Source: Pseudogymnoascus verrucosus (Eukaryota). Taken from it: DNA of 64,000 bases. The position numbers and the translations under genes were made by a program. The notes below the pieces were generated by a model. That model had not been told where the DNA came from, searched no databases, and saw only the letters and a program-made list of their open reading frames with translations. Shown in pieces: positions 1 to 13,900 of this stretch (positions are counted from its first letter, which is position 1; every line of letters begins with the position of its first letter). The stretch lies in assembly GCA_001662655.1 (NCBI GenBank), contig KV460208.1. One strand, given 5' to 3'.

Positions 1-474
1 CGGCTGCAGTGTAGTGGCTCGGCCTCAGCATCTGGGATTCCTCCTTTCCTACGTCGCCCATCATAGCGAGCTTTCCGATCTCCGCGACACGCAATAAAAG
101 TCGTTCGTGGATCGCTTTGCCACTTTGACTTCGCGATATATCCCTTTGCCTATACAATGGTGTGAAAAGGGGCCTGACACGGTTATTGCTGTTGGCTTTC
201 CGAAGCCCGCTAGCACCTTGTTAGCGTCTTATGTGCGGTTGGTGTCAAATATGGGGTACGAATACACATCTCCCAACTAGTCACCATCTGCGGAGTAGTC
301 AGTGGAGAAAGGCTCGTGTGGGGTATTGTCTTATTAGATGGATTCCACATGGCTACGGGTATTGACAATTCGGACAATTTACCTCTACCAAAGTGATATC
401 AACTACTACGAAGATCTCAGGGATCAACTGCCGTGTATGAAAACTAGTGCAGTTATAAGTGCAGGGTATGCGAC

Positions 475-524
475 GGTGGGTCCTCGGTTGTCGCTGTTAG
501 ACTTCCAATCTCCGCTAGCTCCCG
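475..524 (+). repeat. 50-bp dispersed direct repeat, copy 1
   Basis: GGTGGGTCCTCGGTTGTCGCTGTTA...ATCTCCG..AGCTCCCG matches 3479-3528 at 42/50 positions without gaps. Confidence 0.8.
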
Positions 525-2462
525 GTAATAATCCAAGTGCATGACATAGCCCTACATTTAGACCAATATAGATGCAAGGTCACGATCAGACCATATGGTA
601 CTGCGTTTGTTATTTGCATTTGTGTTAGCGGCGTCCCTTAGCCTCCACATTAAGGCCGAGACGGTGAGAATGCAGGATTGGTATTGATGCCTACTAGAGC
701 CCGTCCGTGATGGAGTGCCTTCATCTCAATTCCCCGCGAAAGCGAGATTTGTACTTTGTGGGGACAACTCAATACTGCTCAGGGAATTTGTTTATGTAAC
801 TTTCCTTCCTAAATCCGTTATGCTCGTGCGGGGTAGTGGCGATTTTGGGCCTTGCTATCTGTACCCACATATTAAGACGGGGGATATTGCGTTGAAGGAT
901 CCGAATAATTCAGCCGGACTGACTAGGCGACCCATGTTCAACGTCGGAAGATGGATTAGTTGATACGTCGTTCTTAGGACGCAATAGATGAGGACAAGTC
1001 TGGATTTACTGGCGTGTTGGGCATACAGTACGTTACCAGAAAATGAAATGTTACAAAGCTGATTTTTTTTTTGAACTCGATCATCTTAAACACCTCAGGC
1101 ATTCAGTCCGCATCAAGTGCCGCTGATCCTAGCTTTTAAGCATTGCCATGGGCACTCCACCCCACTCCCCGCCAAGCAACCCCATGGCACCTGACTGGCT
1201 CCACAAAAACCCCTCATATTGGCCCACTTTTACGAGTTATCGTCTTGCCATTCTGTCATCATCTAACTAACTGCTATTACCCCTAAATAGTTTGGTCATC
1301 ACCGAAAATCGATACGGTTTCGGGCTGCGCGACCGTGCCAAGAAGATATAAGGTCGCCACTAAGCTGTTGACGTAGGAACTAAGAACTAGAAGTCGCTCA
1401 ACTCCTTCCATCGATCTTCGTCCGGCGTTTCATCCACAACCGTTAAGGTCTAGGTCTCGAGGCTCTACTCTGGAGGGATGAAGCAATATTCTTAATCCCC
1501 GCATCCAGTTTGCTGGGGTGGCGTCCGCATGCAGCCATGCGGAGGATGGTGCATATTGGTCTCTCCAACATCCTCGGGTCTAGCCATTTCAATTAGATGA
1601 AGGTTACCGTTTCACGCAGGCGGATAGAGAGCGAGGGGAGCAAGGGAATGAAGTATATATGCCCTTGTAAAATTCCTTCTATAAGCGTGCCTAAGTGTAA
1701 GAGCTTAGGGTTTAAGGATAACATTAATGCATACTAGCATTTTTTAGAGCCAGCAAATCTTAATGGCTGCTGTAAAGGATAAAGAGATGGGTCATTCCGC
1801 CTTTTGAAGTCTCGATTAGACCGAGACCGGCGGGAGCCTGCAATTTGGCCATCAATGATCTCAAAATAGAGCCATGTGTCCAGTCGTAGTGCAGCAATGT
1901 GAGCCAGAGTCTCTGACAGTATGGCCGGCCGTCTTGTGACACTAAAGCATCTCAAGAAGCCGCCGACCTTATTTGCAGTGACACGAGATTTTGCAATCTA
2001 GACGCGTCTGCTTCCTGAAGATCAGCATCCGTCAAGACGCGGGCTGCTAAAGAATCCACCATTCGTTGCTCCGTTGATAACCACAAATACAATCAGCGAC
2101 CCGAGTGAGGTCACACCGGCCATATTACCAACATATTCAAAGCACTCAAGACTCGTGCGAGAAGAAGTGTGTTGGCTAGGCCCATGAAGTCGGATAGGAG
2201 GCCAAAGAGGAGACGACCTACATCCCACGATAAATTGAACCTGCGACAAGACCAGTTCCTTTTGACCCAGCGAGGTCGAGCGAATTGCAGTACAGGGGTA
2301 GGAAAAAGAGGGAAACGAAGCAAAGTCAAAAGGTTGGGCGGCAACACTCGGCGCCAAAGACCACGGCAGGTCATCATACGCTGTGACAACGTACTTTAAC
2401 CGTACCATTGAGAGACTATACGTCTGCTACTGAAGAATGGTCTACCAACAGAGAGTGTTGCA

Positions 2463-2744
2463 TTGGTCTTCGGAGTCTGTGGAGGCAACGAGCAGCCTGT
2501 TCGGTATACCTTCAAAGAGTACCAGCAGTTGGAGGCGAACTTAAAGAAGTTGATGGAGAGGTTGGAGGTTGGCGCTACGGATGTAGAAAGAGCTGCGTTT
2601 GTAATTATGAGCAGAGGTAAGGGGAAAGTATTGATGTGCGAAACGAACATACAGCGCCATCACGGGGAAGAAGACACGAAACGAAAGAGAGCAAAGAGGA
2701 TGTTGCCAAGATATGCCACGTGGAAGCGGTGTTTACTGCGATGA
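2463..2744 (+). pseudogene. Probable orphan 3' fragment of a conserved fungal hypothetical protein gene
   Basis: VCGGNEQPVRYTFKEYQQLEANLKKLMERLEVGATDVERAAFVI resembles a C-terminal 'KY..KEY..L......L..RL.V.A.DVEK.A.V' pattern I recall from fungal hypothetical proteins. No ATG or upstream exons were recognisable. Confidence 0.35.
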
Positions 2745-3478
2745 AGTCAAATTCCGCCATTACTAGGAGGTCTCTAAAACAAATATCCACTGAATACACA
2801 GCAGATGAAACTAGCGATAACGCAGACGAAGGAATGAGGCGGAATCCCATTCAATGCGGAACCCACGAAGTTAGACACAGATTAGTACCTCCTAGAACAA
2901 GCGACCTCATATCCCCAAACCCTAGCCCAACGCGCGTTGTAGCTCCTCAGGGACGCCGCCACTCCCCCACCAGTACAGCGCAAGCGCACAGCCGTGGAGA
3001 AATAAACACCGTAACAGAAGATCTCGGAAGACACTTCAGGACGGGGCGGAAAGGAAAACCAGCTTATGGTTTGCTTTCATATGCATATTGAGTGATACAG
3101 CAGTCTACCCCGTTTCTGCTTTGCCGAGTTCATAATATTCCTTTCTATAGCGTTTTAGCTGCTCTTTACTGTAACGAAGGGGGTTGGTGAATATCGACTT
3201 CATGAATTGATATTTTACACCGGTCACGGATGGTCTACTCAAACATGCCCAAAAGGTCCCAAAGAACAAAAAGTGAGTCGTCTTCGTAAAATTTGCGTGC
3301 TAACGAAGTTGCACAGAAGGACCGCGATAAATCCAGACTTGTGTGGCAGCCCATGCCGTGTCCACGCCTTGCCATGCTCAGGGGGCTAATCTGCAGACCT
3401 CATAGTTTCCGTCGCTCAATTCCCATTCCACTATCACGTGAAACAATGTTCATATATGTTCTAGCCCTCGACGGTAGT

Positions 3479-3528
3479 GGTGGGTCCTCGCTTGTCGCTG
3501 TTATGTCTCCGATCTCCGACAGCTCCCG
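3479..3528 (+). repeat. 50-bp dispersed direct repeat, copy 2 (about 1 kb upstream of the MFS transporter)
   Basis: 42/50 identical to 475-524. Confidence 0.8.
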
Positions 3529-4561
3529 TCCAATATTCCTTCAGCCGCGTGGCATCCAGACTCTACTCCAACATACATACTATGGATACTACATTGCTAC
3601 TGTGGATATTCCTTCGCTACCTCGCGCAGGGTATCTGGAGACCCCGCATTGTTGCCATTGCACGGGAAGTCGCGTTTAGGTTCAATACACGTTCTTGCTC
3701 TAGACCACGGAACCCTGTGGATTGGAGGTATTCTAAGTGGCAAGACACGACACTGGTAAACTCACCACGTCGTTCCAGAAGAGCGTTACTACTACTACAT
3801 ACTGAACCAACGTGGCAACCTACTTTCATACGCAATGTTTACATCAACATGATTTCGTTTCGTGAACAAAGAACCATAAAGCGGTATCCAGATTTCCCAA
3901 GGTGGCGCGAAGATGGCGCGGAGGGGAGGTGGCGTGCAGGTGGCGTGCAAGTGGTTGGCAGGGAGCTGGGAACGAGAGGACAAATGCTTAAGGGGATCGA
4001 TCCTTGCCTTCGACAAGGATAAGTATTGGAACTAGAACTATTAAAAAGACGCTTCCACTCAGCACGGCCCGTTTAGTAAGGCCGAAACTGTTACATCCAT
4101 TCGCGCCCTCTGATGACAGCTAGATGGCTAGTGTCAAGATGAAGTTTCTAGCCACGAGCCTTACCTATTATGGGATAAGGTAGATGTGTGGGAACTAACA
4201 CTAGTAATCCACTTTCATCTAATCACAACCCTAGTCTGACTCCATCAACCATTGTTGAGCGGCAGTTGATGCGTCCACCGAGTCAGGGTAGGAACCGTTT
4301 GGTAACCGCCCGCCACTCTCATTATCTGTTGAGAGATCCATTTTCGATCCAGACAGGGGGGAACTACTGTGGGTATGGGGAACCTCCGGATTATTAGAAC
4401 GCGGGGTTGACCTGGAGGATGTACATACAAGACGAAAATTTATATAAAGTCCTCATTCCTTGCCTCGTTGTTGTTCGTCTTTTTCACTTAACTTCGCGTG
4501 CGCAGGCAACCTTTAGCCAACTTTCACTACCTCATCCTCTATCACAACACCTCACATCGCA

Positions 4562-6177
4562 ATGGCAGGAGGAGGGTTACCCATCTCTGTAACCGTGGTG
4601 CAAGGTGGATTCTTGACAGGGAAAAAGCTAGTCTTTCCTCTCTTCCTTGTGATCTGCCTGTTCTTCCTCTGGGGCTTCTCCTACGGTCTTCTCGATGTTT
4701 TAAACAGCCATTTTCAAACGGTGCTTGACATCACCAAGCTTCAGTCCACTGGTCTCCAAGTTATGTACTTCGGCGGAGGCTATTTCTTCTTCTCCCCCAT
4801 TGCAGCTGAAGTTCTGAAGCGCAAGGGTTACAAAATAACTATCCTCATGGGCCTTTCATTTTACTCTGTTGGAGCCGTTATGTTCTGGCCCACTGCTCAC
4901 TTCTCAACTCTCAATAATCGCCTGGCCGCCTTTGGAGGTTTCTTGGTCTGCACTTTAGTCATTGCTTGTGGTTTGGCTACCTTGGAAACCGCTGCAAACT
5001 CGTAAGTCATGAGGAAGAGCGCGGGGTGAGATGATGTTGACATTTATTAGTTATGCTGTCGTCATCGGTGACCCGGCCTCGGCATCTTCTCGCCTTCAAT
5101 TCTGCCAGGCATGGAACGGTGTTGCCTCGTTCATCGGCCCTCTTGTAAGTCATCATGTCGGCCCCCTAAATCGATTTCGCCTAATCACATTCATAGATTG
5201 CTTCTAAATTCTTCTTTACCGGCGCCAATGCTAACAACCTCACTAACGTTCAATACGTCTATCTGGCCGTATCATGCGCCGGTATTGCCGTCGCTGTTCT
5301 CTTTGCCTTTTCTAAACTTCCTGAAGTTGCTGAGAGCGACTTGCAAGGCTCCAACATTGAGACCTCCGCTGTCGACGAGTTCGGCAACCCAATTGGCCAA
5401 GGACCAATTTATAAGGAGTATAATATGATCTTTGCTTTCATCGCTCAATTCTGCTACGTCGGCGCTCAAGGTTAGTAGTCCATTTTATATTAACTTTTAT
5501 TCCCCCTATGCCTTTCATCTACCAAAAGCCAGTTGAAAACAACGTTGGACCTCAACTAACGCCTGCCAGTCACGATTGGTGCTTTCTTTATCAACTATGC
5601 ACTTGAGGCTGGATACGACAAGCCTACCTCATCCAACATGCTCTCATATGCCCTGATCACCTTCACTGTCGGTCGCTTTTTCGCATTTGCTCTTAGTTGG
5701 GTCTTCCAGGCTGATTTCCTCCTCATCATCTACTCTATCTGCGCTATTGTTTTCAATGCTGCCATCTGCGTCGACACGAATAAGACTGGTGTCATCATTA
5801 TGATCCTTCTCTACTTCTTCGAAGCCCCAATGTACCCAACCATCTTCACTCTTGGTACTGCCAACCTCGGGCGCCATACCCGCCGCGGTGCTGGTATCTT
5901 GGTCATGGGTGTTGCTGGTGGTGCTGTCTTCCCTCCGATTCAAGGTGCTATTGCCGATGCCGCCAATACACGAATTTCTATGGTGGTACCGCTTGTCGGT
6001 TTCGTTTACGTCTTGGGATACGTCACTTTCCACTGGTTCACGCACGGCCGCCACATTTTGAGAGTCAAGGAAATTGTCATTCCAGGAACCGAAGGGGTCG
6101 TCGGCGGTGCTATTGAGACCGTTCACTACGACGATGAGAAAGTCTTTGACAAAGACGTCCAGATTGAGAAGTTGTAA
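4562..6177 (+). CDS. MFS sugar transporter, FucP / glucose-galactose transporter family (4 exons: ~4562-5001, 5051-5144, 5197-5470, 5570-6177)
   Basis: Motifs LFFLWGFSYGLLDVLNSHFQ, GLATLETAANSY, QAWNGVASFIGP, AQFCYVGAQ, MYPTIFTLG and GGAVFPPIQG. Canonical introns join the frames. Confidence 0.92.
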
Positions 6178-8208
6178 ATAAATACCAAAGCATTATAGAA
6201 ATATCGATTCAGTTAATTTACCTTTAAACTCCTAAAATTTACTGTAGCGATAGTGTGTTGCTAGTGAGGAGGCACTCCAAGCAACAAACTCAAGTTTCTC
6301 AAGCATATTTTTCAGCACATGATTCCTCCTAATGAACAAATTCGTTACCGGGGTAAATATATACCTGTCGATGAGAATGATAAACATTATTCCACAAGTT
6401 ACCCTAGTATAAACGTGGGCGGCTAGGGCCCGCCCACGTTTATACTAGGGTGAGTCGGCGGGCGCAAGACTCGTGGCCGTAGTCAGGGCAGAATTCGAAG
6501 CATTGCTCACCCCAGGCGCATGCGTGCGTCTGCGAGGTCTGTAACTCGGGGCATCGAGCTGCTGTGATATCAACGTGGCTGCCACCTCGGCAGCCCCCGG
6601 GATAGTTGACCCTCTTATTGGGGTGCTGTATCCTCGAGGGCACAGCCACCAGTGTCAGCTGGAACATAGTCCTTAGGGGTTGCCATAGGCAAGGCATCGT
6701 CCGCCGTCTGTTTCTTTACGAACTCCTTCGCAGACTCATAGCACGCTCGGCATGGCTCCCCTCGACTCCTTCAGAAGACTCATTCTCCAAATGGTGCCGG
6801 GATGTCTGCTAATGGTTCCGGGAGTTGTGTTAACGGCGCGGAGGTGGCAAATGGAGTCAGTGCAACGGGCCACTAACGGGCATATCTCGCTATATTCTGC
6901 AGATTTGTAGATTAGATCTCTAGAATGGGGCCCCTCCATATGTCGCGTGAGGCTTTACAAATGGCTCCTACATAACCTATGAAGAATGAAATGATACATT
7001 TCAAAGGGGAACAAGCAGATGATTGCTCATTGATAGGGCACTCTACGTGATGGTGTAAATTTATTCTACGCAAACTTGAGTAAAGACAAGGTTGGCCTAG
7101 GAGCAAACTGAACACCCTTCTACTCGTTGTGTCGGGAAAAACTCGACTGCCGGCACCTATAGGTTGAGTATACTTTACCACTTTTTTTTGGCGTAGAGAG
7201 TTCAATTAAGACACAGAAGCCACAAAAAAGTTCCTAATTTACGCTCCTAGGTATTTCTGGTTTGCGGATTGTTATAGAATGTAAAAAGGTGGTGGTCTAG
7301 GGAAGACTGGTGACGTGGAGTGTGGGGTGCCGTGTATACATGAGAACGTAAATCGAGCAAAACTAGCCTAGCGGAAACTTACGGAGCTGCAGAATGACTA
7401 CTTGTGCAACCTGAGTGAAAGATAATGGCTCGTAAGAGCTGTGACAGTAGATCTCCCTTGCACCCGAGACATCGGACAGTTCCCGAGATCAGTGATACTT
7501 GACAATCGCTCTTCCCAATACTTCTAAACTACCCCTCCCGTCGATCATAACGCCACTACCGTCCGTTCATCCGCCATCCAAACAAGAAGAGAGTACAGGG
7601 CGCTTGGACGTGATTCGGTTTGGCTTCTTGTTCAGTGGGAGGTGTCGCGCAGACTACTTAATTGGTAGCCGCACTTACGGGGAGAGTCGTTAGCGGAGAC
7701 AGACCCTTGGAGTTAGCATTCGGCTGGAAGGCACGGGCTAGCGGAGGAAGCAATTCATCTACTGTGGCGGGCACTATTATAAGGTTATCTATTTTTAGAA
7801 GCTAATACTCGGATTCGATAAGAAATTTAAAGGCATTATTGCTGTATATTTGATGATCTAGGTAGAGGGAGTCTCCCTCAAGGAGCCTGAAAATGTTCCA
7901 TGTTTAACTAGCACAAAGGATGATCTTTGACGGGATTCACATCACCAAGGTTATGTGGTCCGGCTCTCCGAATCCAATATCCGGCGACTACAGTTAATCA
8001 CGTGTCAGTCTACCCTCCGTAGAGCCAGTAGACTTGCTGTCTGGATAACGGAATGCTGCCTGAAATCCTGACTACTTTGCAAAGGATGCTGCCGAATCAC
8101 TAACCCCGAAATCTGCGTAGGCCCGAAGGAGCTCTAGCTGTGGCCCCCTGTCATTGCATCACATATCGCTCCCGTCTCGCCCAATAGCTAGCCGTTTTCC
8201 TTAGTGGA

Positions 8209-8272
8209 TATGGGGATTGTGGGGCAATGGGATAATGATACGTCATTATCCCATTGCCCCACAATCCCCATA
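8209..8272. repeat. Perfect 30-bp inverted repeat with a 4-nt loop (TACG)
   Basis: TATGGGGATTGTGGGGCAATGGGATAATGA-TACG-TCATTATCCCATTGCCCCACAATCCCCATA. Confidence 0.97.
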
Positions 8273-8778
8273 CGTAGTGTTTGCTAAGGGATTCCTCCAT
8301 TAGCGCGGTCGACTGTTACGGACACCACCAGTGCGGCACACCAGTAATGGTACATCGCGATCCGTTAGAGGGGTTATAAGGGCATTATAGACACTTGGTA
8401 TTGTTTATTGGCATGAGGGGTATGCATTGCCGTCAGATAGGCTTCCACCAAGGGCTAGATAAGTGTTGGATTCAACTACACCAGCCAATCGGACGATCGG
8501 GTGTCGCGAGTCACGAAGGTCTAGCTTAACAAGTATAGAACTAACAGTGAGACATACCCTTTCCCCGCAGTTGATAGATATCTAGCAGCTGCTTGGTTCT
8601 CCCGCAGTAGGTTAGCGCCTGATGCTCTATTTAAAGGCGTCTCTTGCAATCATATAAAGGCTACTTGCAACCCATACTACTCTTCCCTCTTTAACAAAAG
8701 AGCATCAATTCCAAAAGCATCCGACCTCCAGGCAGCACTCTCTATTTTATACTTTGAACAGAGTTCACTAGATTAACA

Positions 8779-10010
8779 ATGGCAGCACCACGTATGACTC
8801 CAGACCTTCCCACCGAGCAATGGGCTCAGGTAGTCGAGGAAACGGGCAAGCGTCAGTAACCACCGAGCACAATGGCTTCTACTTGCATGCTGATACCAAT
8901 TAGCTGTTGTCTATAAGAAGATCCCTGTTCGACAACCCGGCCCAGATGAGGTCCTCATCAACATCAAATATTCGGGTGTCTGTCACACTGATCTTCACGC
9001 GGTCAACGGCGATTGGCCAATACCTACCAAACTTCCTCTGGTCGGTGGACACGAAGGTGCTGGTGTCGTTGTTGGCCTTGGGTCTCTAGTTGAGGATATT
9101 AAGCTTGGTGACTATGCTGGCGTAAAGGTATTACGCCTGCTGCTTGAGTTTCTCGAGGGAAAAAAATCTGACAATTGTGATAGTGGATCAACGGCACCTG
9201 CCTGCAATGCTCCTTTTGCCAACAAGCAGACGAGCCGCTCTGCTCGAAGGCTCTACTTTCCGGTTATACAGTGGACGGAACTTTCCAAGAATACTGCATC
9301 GCAAAAGCAGCGCACGTTGCCCGCATCCCTAAGGAATGCAATCTCGAGGCCATTGCACCCGTTCTCTGTGCTGGTATCACCGTTTACAAAGGATTGAAGG
9401 AATCAAACGCACGGCCAGGTCAGACGGTTGCAATTGTAGGTGCTGGGGGCGGGCTCGGATCATTGGCATGTCAATACGCAAAGGCGATGGGTCTTGAAAT
9501 TATTGCCATTGACGGCGGTGAGGATAAGAGGGCAATGACTGCCAGTCTTGGTGCCAAGCACTTCGTGGACTTTATGGCAAGCAAGGACGTTGTTAGTGAC
9601 GTCAAGGCTGCCACTGAGGATGGCCTTGGGCCCCACGCAGCCATTGTGGTCGCTGCGAGTGAGAAGCCATTCCAACAGGCTGCTGATTGTATGATCCCCT
9701 ACAAACACTTTAAAACCAAATGAATGCTAACAAGTAAGATGTTCGGCCCCGTGGCTCAGTTGTTGCCATCGGTCTTCCTTCCGGCGCCTACCTTCGAGCA
9801 CCAGTCTTCGACACTGTTATCAAGATGATCACCATTAAGGGTTCCTATGTGGGTAACAGAAAAGACTCTGCAGAGGCCATCGAATTCTTTAGACGTGGAT
9901 TAATTAACGCCCCATATAAGACTTGTGGCTTGAGCGAACTGCAGAAAGTGTATGATTTGATGCAGCAGGGCAATATTGCAGGGCGCTACGTGGTTGACAC
10001 TTCTAAGTAG
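8779..10010 (+). CDS. ADH1: Zn-dependent alcohol dehydrogenase, ADH1/AlcA-like (4 exons)
   Basis: [15 protein letters not shown], structural-Zn cysteines CLQCSFC...[20 protein letters not shown], and C-terminus GRYVVDTSK. Introns at ~8852-8903, ~9128-9183 and ~9689-9739. Confidence 0.93.
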
Positions 10011-10561
10011 AAACTCTGGGGAGCGGAATTTCCAATATTTATGAAAGAAACATTATTACCACGTTATCTCACTGCCGGGGGAGGTGTGGATTTTGGTTTG
10101 AGGACCTGCCGATTGATTAAACGATAGAATCCGGGAGCCGAGGTATGCCTGGGCCTTCTGACAAAATTAGCGATGCTGTTCTAGACGTGGCAGCGGGGCC
10201 TAGGTTATGGACTGTGCCACCCCTAAAAAACGTGGGGGGGGAAGTGGAGGGCACCCTTCCCATTGCTTGGCACCTAGCAATGCCAGGCAACGCTATCGAT
10301 ACCCGCAGGGCTGGGCTTAGGTGGCAGAGGCAACCACACAGATATAGATTCAGAACTAGCATGTTAAACGCCGTGTCTAGCCTAGGCTCCATCTTAACGA
10401 TCTCCTCCAGGTTCCCCTCAGTGGCGCTACGCAGCCCCACATTGCCACTATCCCGCCAGTTCATGGAGTCAGTAGAAACTCAGCTCTTCGGAATGCTTTT
10501 GCTCAGTCACCCATGCTTAGGTTGTATAAACGGGTGATATTCGTGATGTGCTGAATTATTT

Positions 10562-10603
10562 CGATCTTTAGGACGATCTTCAAGACGATCTTCAAGACGA
10601 TCT
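10562..10603 (+). repeat. Short tandem repeat of GACGATCTTCAA (~3 copies)
   Basis: cgatctttag gacgatcttcaa gacgatcttcaa gacgatct. Confidence 0.85.
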
Positions 10604-10942
10604 AGTAGTGGTAGCAGCAACTTCCAATTTGTCCCGTCGCTCGGGGAATTGCACCTGTTCAGTCTAACTTACGGGTAATATATTGACAATTTTTCCGTCG
10701 TAAACATGGGGTAACGCGTGCTTAACTGCATTGGTTTCCAGCCATTGTCTTGCAAAATCCTACTTAATAAATTACCCCGCAATGCCAACTATCCAAGCCT
10801 GTCCCCTACATATGATCTCATACGTGGGGTACAGTGATGTTCGGAGATGTTTACCCCGATCCTGGGTTTAAATGTAACCATAAAGAAAGAGACGTACATC
10901 CATGTTTGTTATAACTTGTACAAGGAACTCTTTTTCTCAACT

Positions 10943-13900
10943 ATGGCGGTCAGCAATATTGTCTGTGCACTTCTTTTGCTGCCAACCCTTGGGCTGAGCC
11001 ACATCGACAGGTAAGTTTTGTCCACTCCTGTGCGTGTCAAGGCTAAACTCCTCCCTAGACACAGCATATTGTCCCAATTCAACGTCATTCGATCAAGCCT
11101 CATAGATAATAAAACGACGGCCTTGCAGGTTGGCAATGGGAATTTCGCTTTCAATGTCGACAACACGGGAATGCAGGTGAGAAGTAACTCCATTCTGTAT
11201 ATTCCATTACCTTGACTGGGCGGCCACTTACCCATCCGTGGCCTGCTCTTAGACGTTCTTGCCCTTTAACACCCTGTCAAGCTGGGGCTGGCATAAGGAC
11301 TCTCTGCCGATAAACGGGTAAGAACAGCTTCAGTGCTACTAATTAATTACTACAATCCTCAGCCAGTATTCAGCCCTAATATGCCATCTTCCAGTGAAAA
11401 CATTAGCGACTACCATGGGGTTGGAAAGCTAACCCACGGCCGGAAGGTCTCATACGACATTCCCGATCCTGATCTTCCGGAGGTTTCTCAGTGGCTTATC
11501 GCCAATCCCAATCGCGTCAATCTGGGCCGTATAGGTCTCACTTATAAGAATGCCACCATCACGGCATCTCAAATCACTGATCCAAGGCAGGAGCTCAACT
11601 TGTGGGACGGGACCATAACGTCAACTTTCAAAGTCGACGGGAAGGCCGTGCAGGTCATCACCCAGGGAGACTTTGAGACTGATGCAGTAGCTTTCGACAT
11701 CAAATCAGACCTGATCTCTTTGGGTGATCTTAAAGTCGAGCTTGACTTTCCCTACCCACCAATTCACAGCACTACCTACAAATTCGAGGTGTTTGTGGGC
11801 GTCTACGACTTCCCACAGAACCACACCACATTCATCGCCGACCCTCCAAATAGGAAGATCCCTACCGCTCACATCTACCACGAGATGCAGGAGACAAAAT
11901 ACTTTGTCAACCTGAGGTGGCCTTCCACCTCCACCTGCAACCTCCAACTGACGAGGAACGAGCCCGCAAGCTCCACCGCCGTCACCGCCCACCGCTACAC
12001 TCTCGCTCCCGGGCCGTCCTCCGCCGCGACCTCCTCCTCAACTATGACCTTCACCGCCCACTTCTCACCGGAGAAGCGCATCCCCGACTTGCCATCCGCC
12101 ATCCAGCAAAGGAACCGGAAGGGCTGGAACGAGTACTGGAGCGACGGCGGGTTCGTTGACCTCACGGCGTCGACCAACCCGAACGCGACCGAGTTGCAGC
12201 GCCGCATCCTCCTGTCGCAGTATCACGTCCGCGTCAACAGCGCCGCGCATGGTCAGTCGCCGCAGGAGAGCGGGCTGATGAACAACGGGTGGTACGGTGA
12301 GTTGGTCAATCACACGCCGATATGGTGGAATATTGGCTTGGGGAGGTGTGACTGGAACTAACTGACCGTGTTGTGCAGGCAAATTCCACATGGAGATGGT
12401 CATCTGGCACAACGCCCACTGGAGCACCTGGGGCCGGCAGAAGTACTTTGACAACATCTTCCCCGAGCTGTATGAGACGCTGCTTCCGTCGTCGCTGGAA
12501 CGTGCTAAGAACATGGGCTGGGAAGGGGCGAGGTATGCAGCTCTATGGTCCTGGAGATGGGGTTAGGACGTGTACGAGAACAGCCGCTAATTGTATATGC
12601 GTGTAATAGATGGCCCAAGATGACCGAGGTCGTCAGCCAGGAGAATTCTCCAGGAGGAATCAACGCATTCCTTATGTGGCAGCAGGTGGGGTCGTCCCGG
12701 ACTTGCAGCCTCCATTGCTGGTGATCAGACAAGATATGCTAATTGTGCTTGTTTTACTCTCTCCAGCCCCATCCCATGTACCTTGCCGAGCTGGCCTACC
12801 AGGCCTCGCCTACGCGGGAAACACTGAAGCATTGGGACAATGTCATCACCGCCTCCGCTGACTACATGGCATCCTACGCGTGGAAGAATGCCAGCTCGGG
12901 ATACTTCGACCTTGGGCCACCGTACGTCTCAGCCCAGCCCACCTCTTTTTCTCAATTAAACTACACAGGCTAGGAACTTCTGAAGATAGCTAACGTACCA
13001 TCTCCTCCTCTCCAGAGCATACGGCGTCACCGAAAACACCCCTCCCGAGGAGTCCCTCAACCTAGCTTACGAGGTAAGCAACCACCCTAAGCACAATAAT
13101 ACCACGAGCCCCTAACTTACCACCTCCCCCCAGGTCTCCTACTGGCGCTACGGCCTCGACATCGCCCGCCAATGGAAACACCGCCTCCACCAGCCCATCC
13201 CCGCGCAATGGACCACCGTCGCCGCGAACATGGCCCCCCCTCCCCAGGCGGGCGGCCTTTACGCCGACTACGAGGGCCTGAACAGCTCCTGGTGGGCGGA
13301 CCCAGACCTGAACGGCGACCCGCGCAGCATGATCATGCTGCAGGGCACGCTTCCCGATACTCCCGCCGTCGACCACGAGGTGGCTCGCCGCACGGCGGAT
13401 AGGGTCTGGGAGGTTTGGACGGATGGTAAAGTCGCGGGCTGGGGTCGTCCCGTGCTTGCTATCAACTCGGCTCGGGTCGGGAACCCGGAGAGGGCGGTGC
13501 ATCACCTCACTGCGTATGATTACTGGTCGTTTGATGATGCGGGTGAGTTTATTCGGTTGAAGCTGGGCTTGTGTGCCGATGCCGACTGAGGAAGATTGTG
13601 TGGGCTGACTCTGGATGTTTATAGGTTTTGCTTCCAGGGGTATTAGCAGTGAGTGCCCCACCCGCTTCTTGTTCATGGGATCTACACGGTGCAACTGTAG
13701 ATTTGGGAAAATATGCTAACCTTGTACGACAGGCGGCACACCTCCACCGTTTATACCCGGCAACGCGGCCTTCCTCTACGCCGGTGAGTAGCATCGATTT
13801 ACCTGTCCATAATAAATGTTGTATATCCTAATATGACTCAGTGGCATACCTGGCAGGCGGATGGCGGGGCTCCGAAGGTAACGCTCCGGGCTTTCCCAAG

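Noticed and set aside
6440..6810. Coding-looking minus-strand stretch (ACYESAKEFVKKQTADDALP...)
   Set aside because: Multiple stops and no family I can recognise; possibly a relic, but unsupported.
10117..10464. ORF with an ankyrin-like phrase LRSATEGNLEEIVKM
   Set aside because: A single weak motif; the rest is not ankyrin-like.
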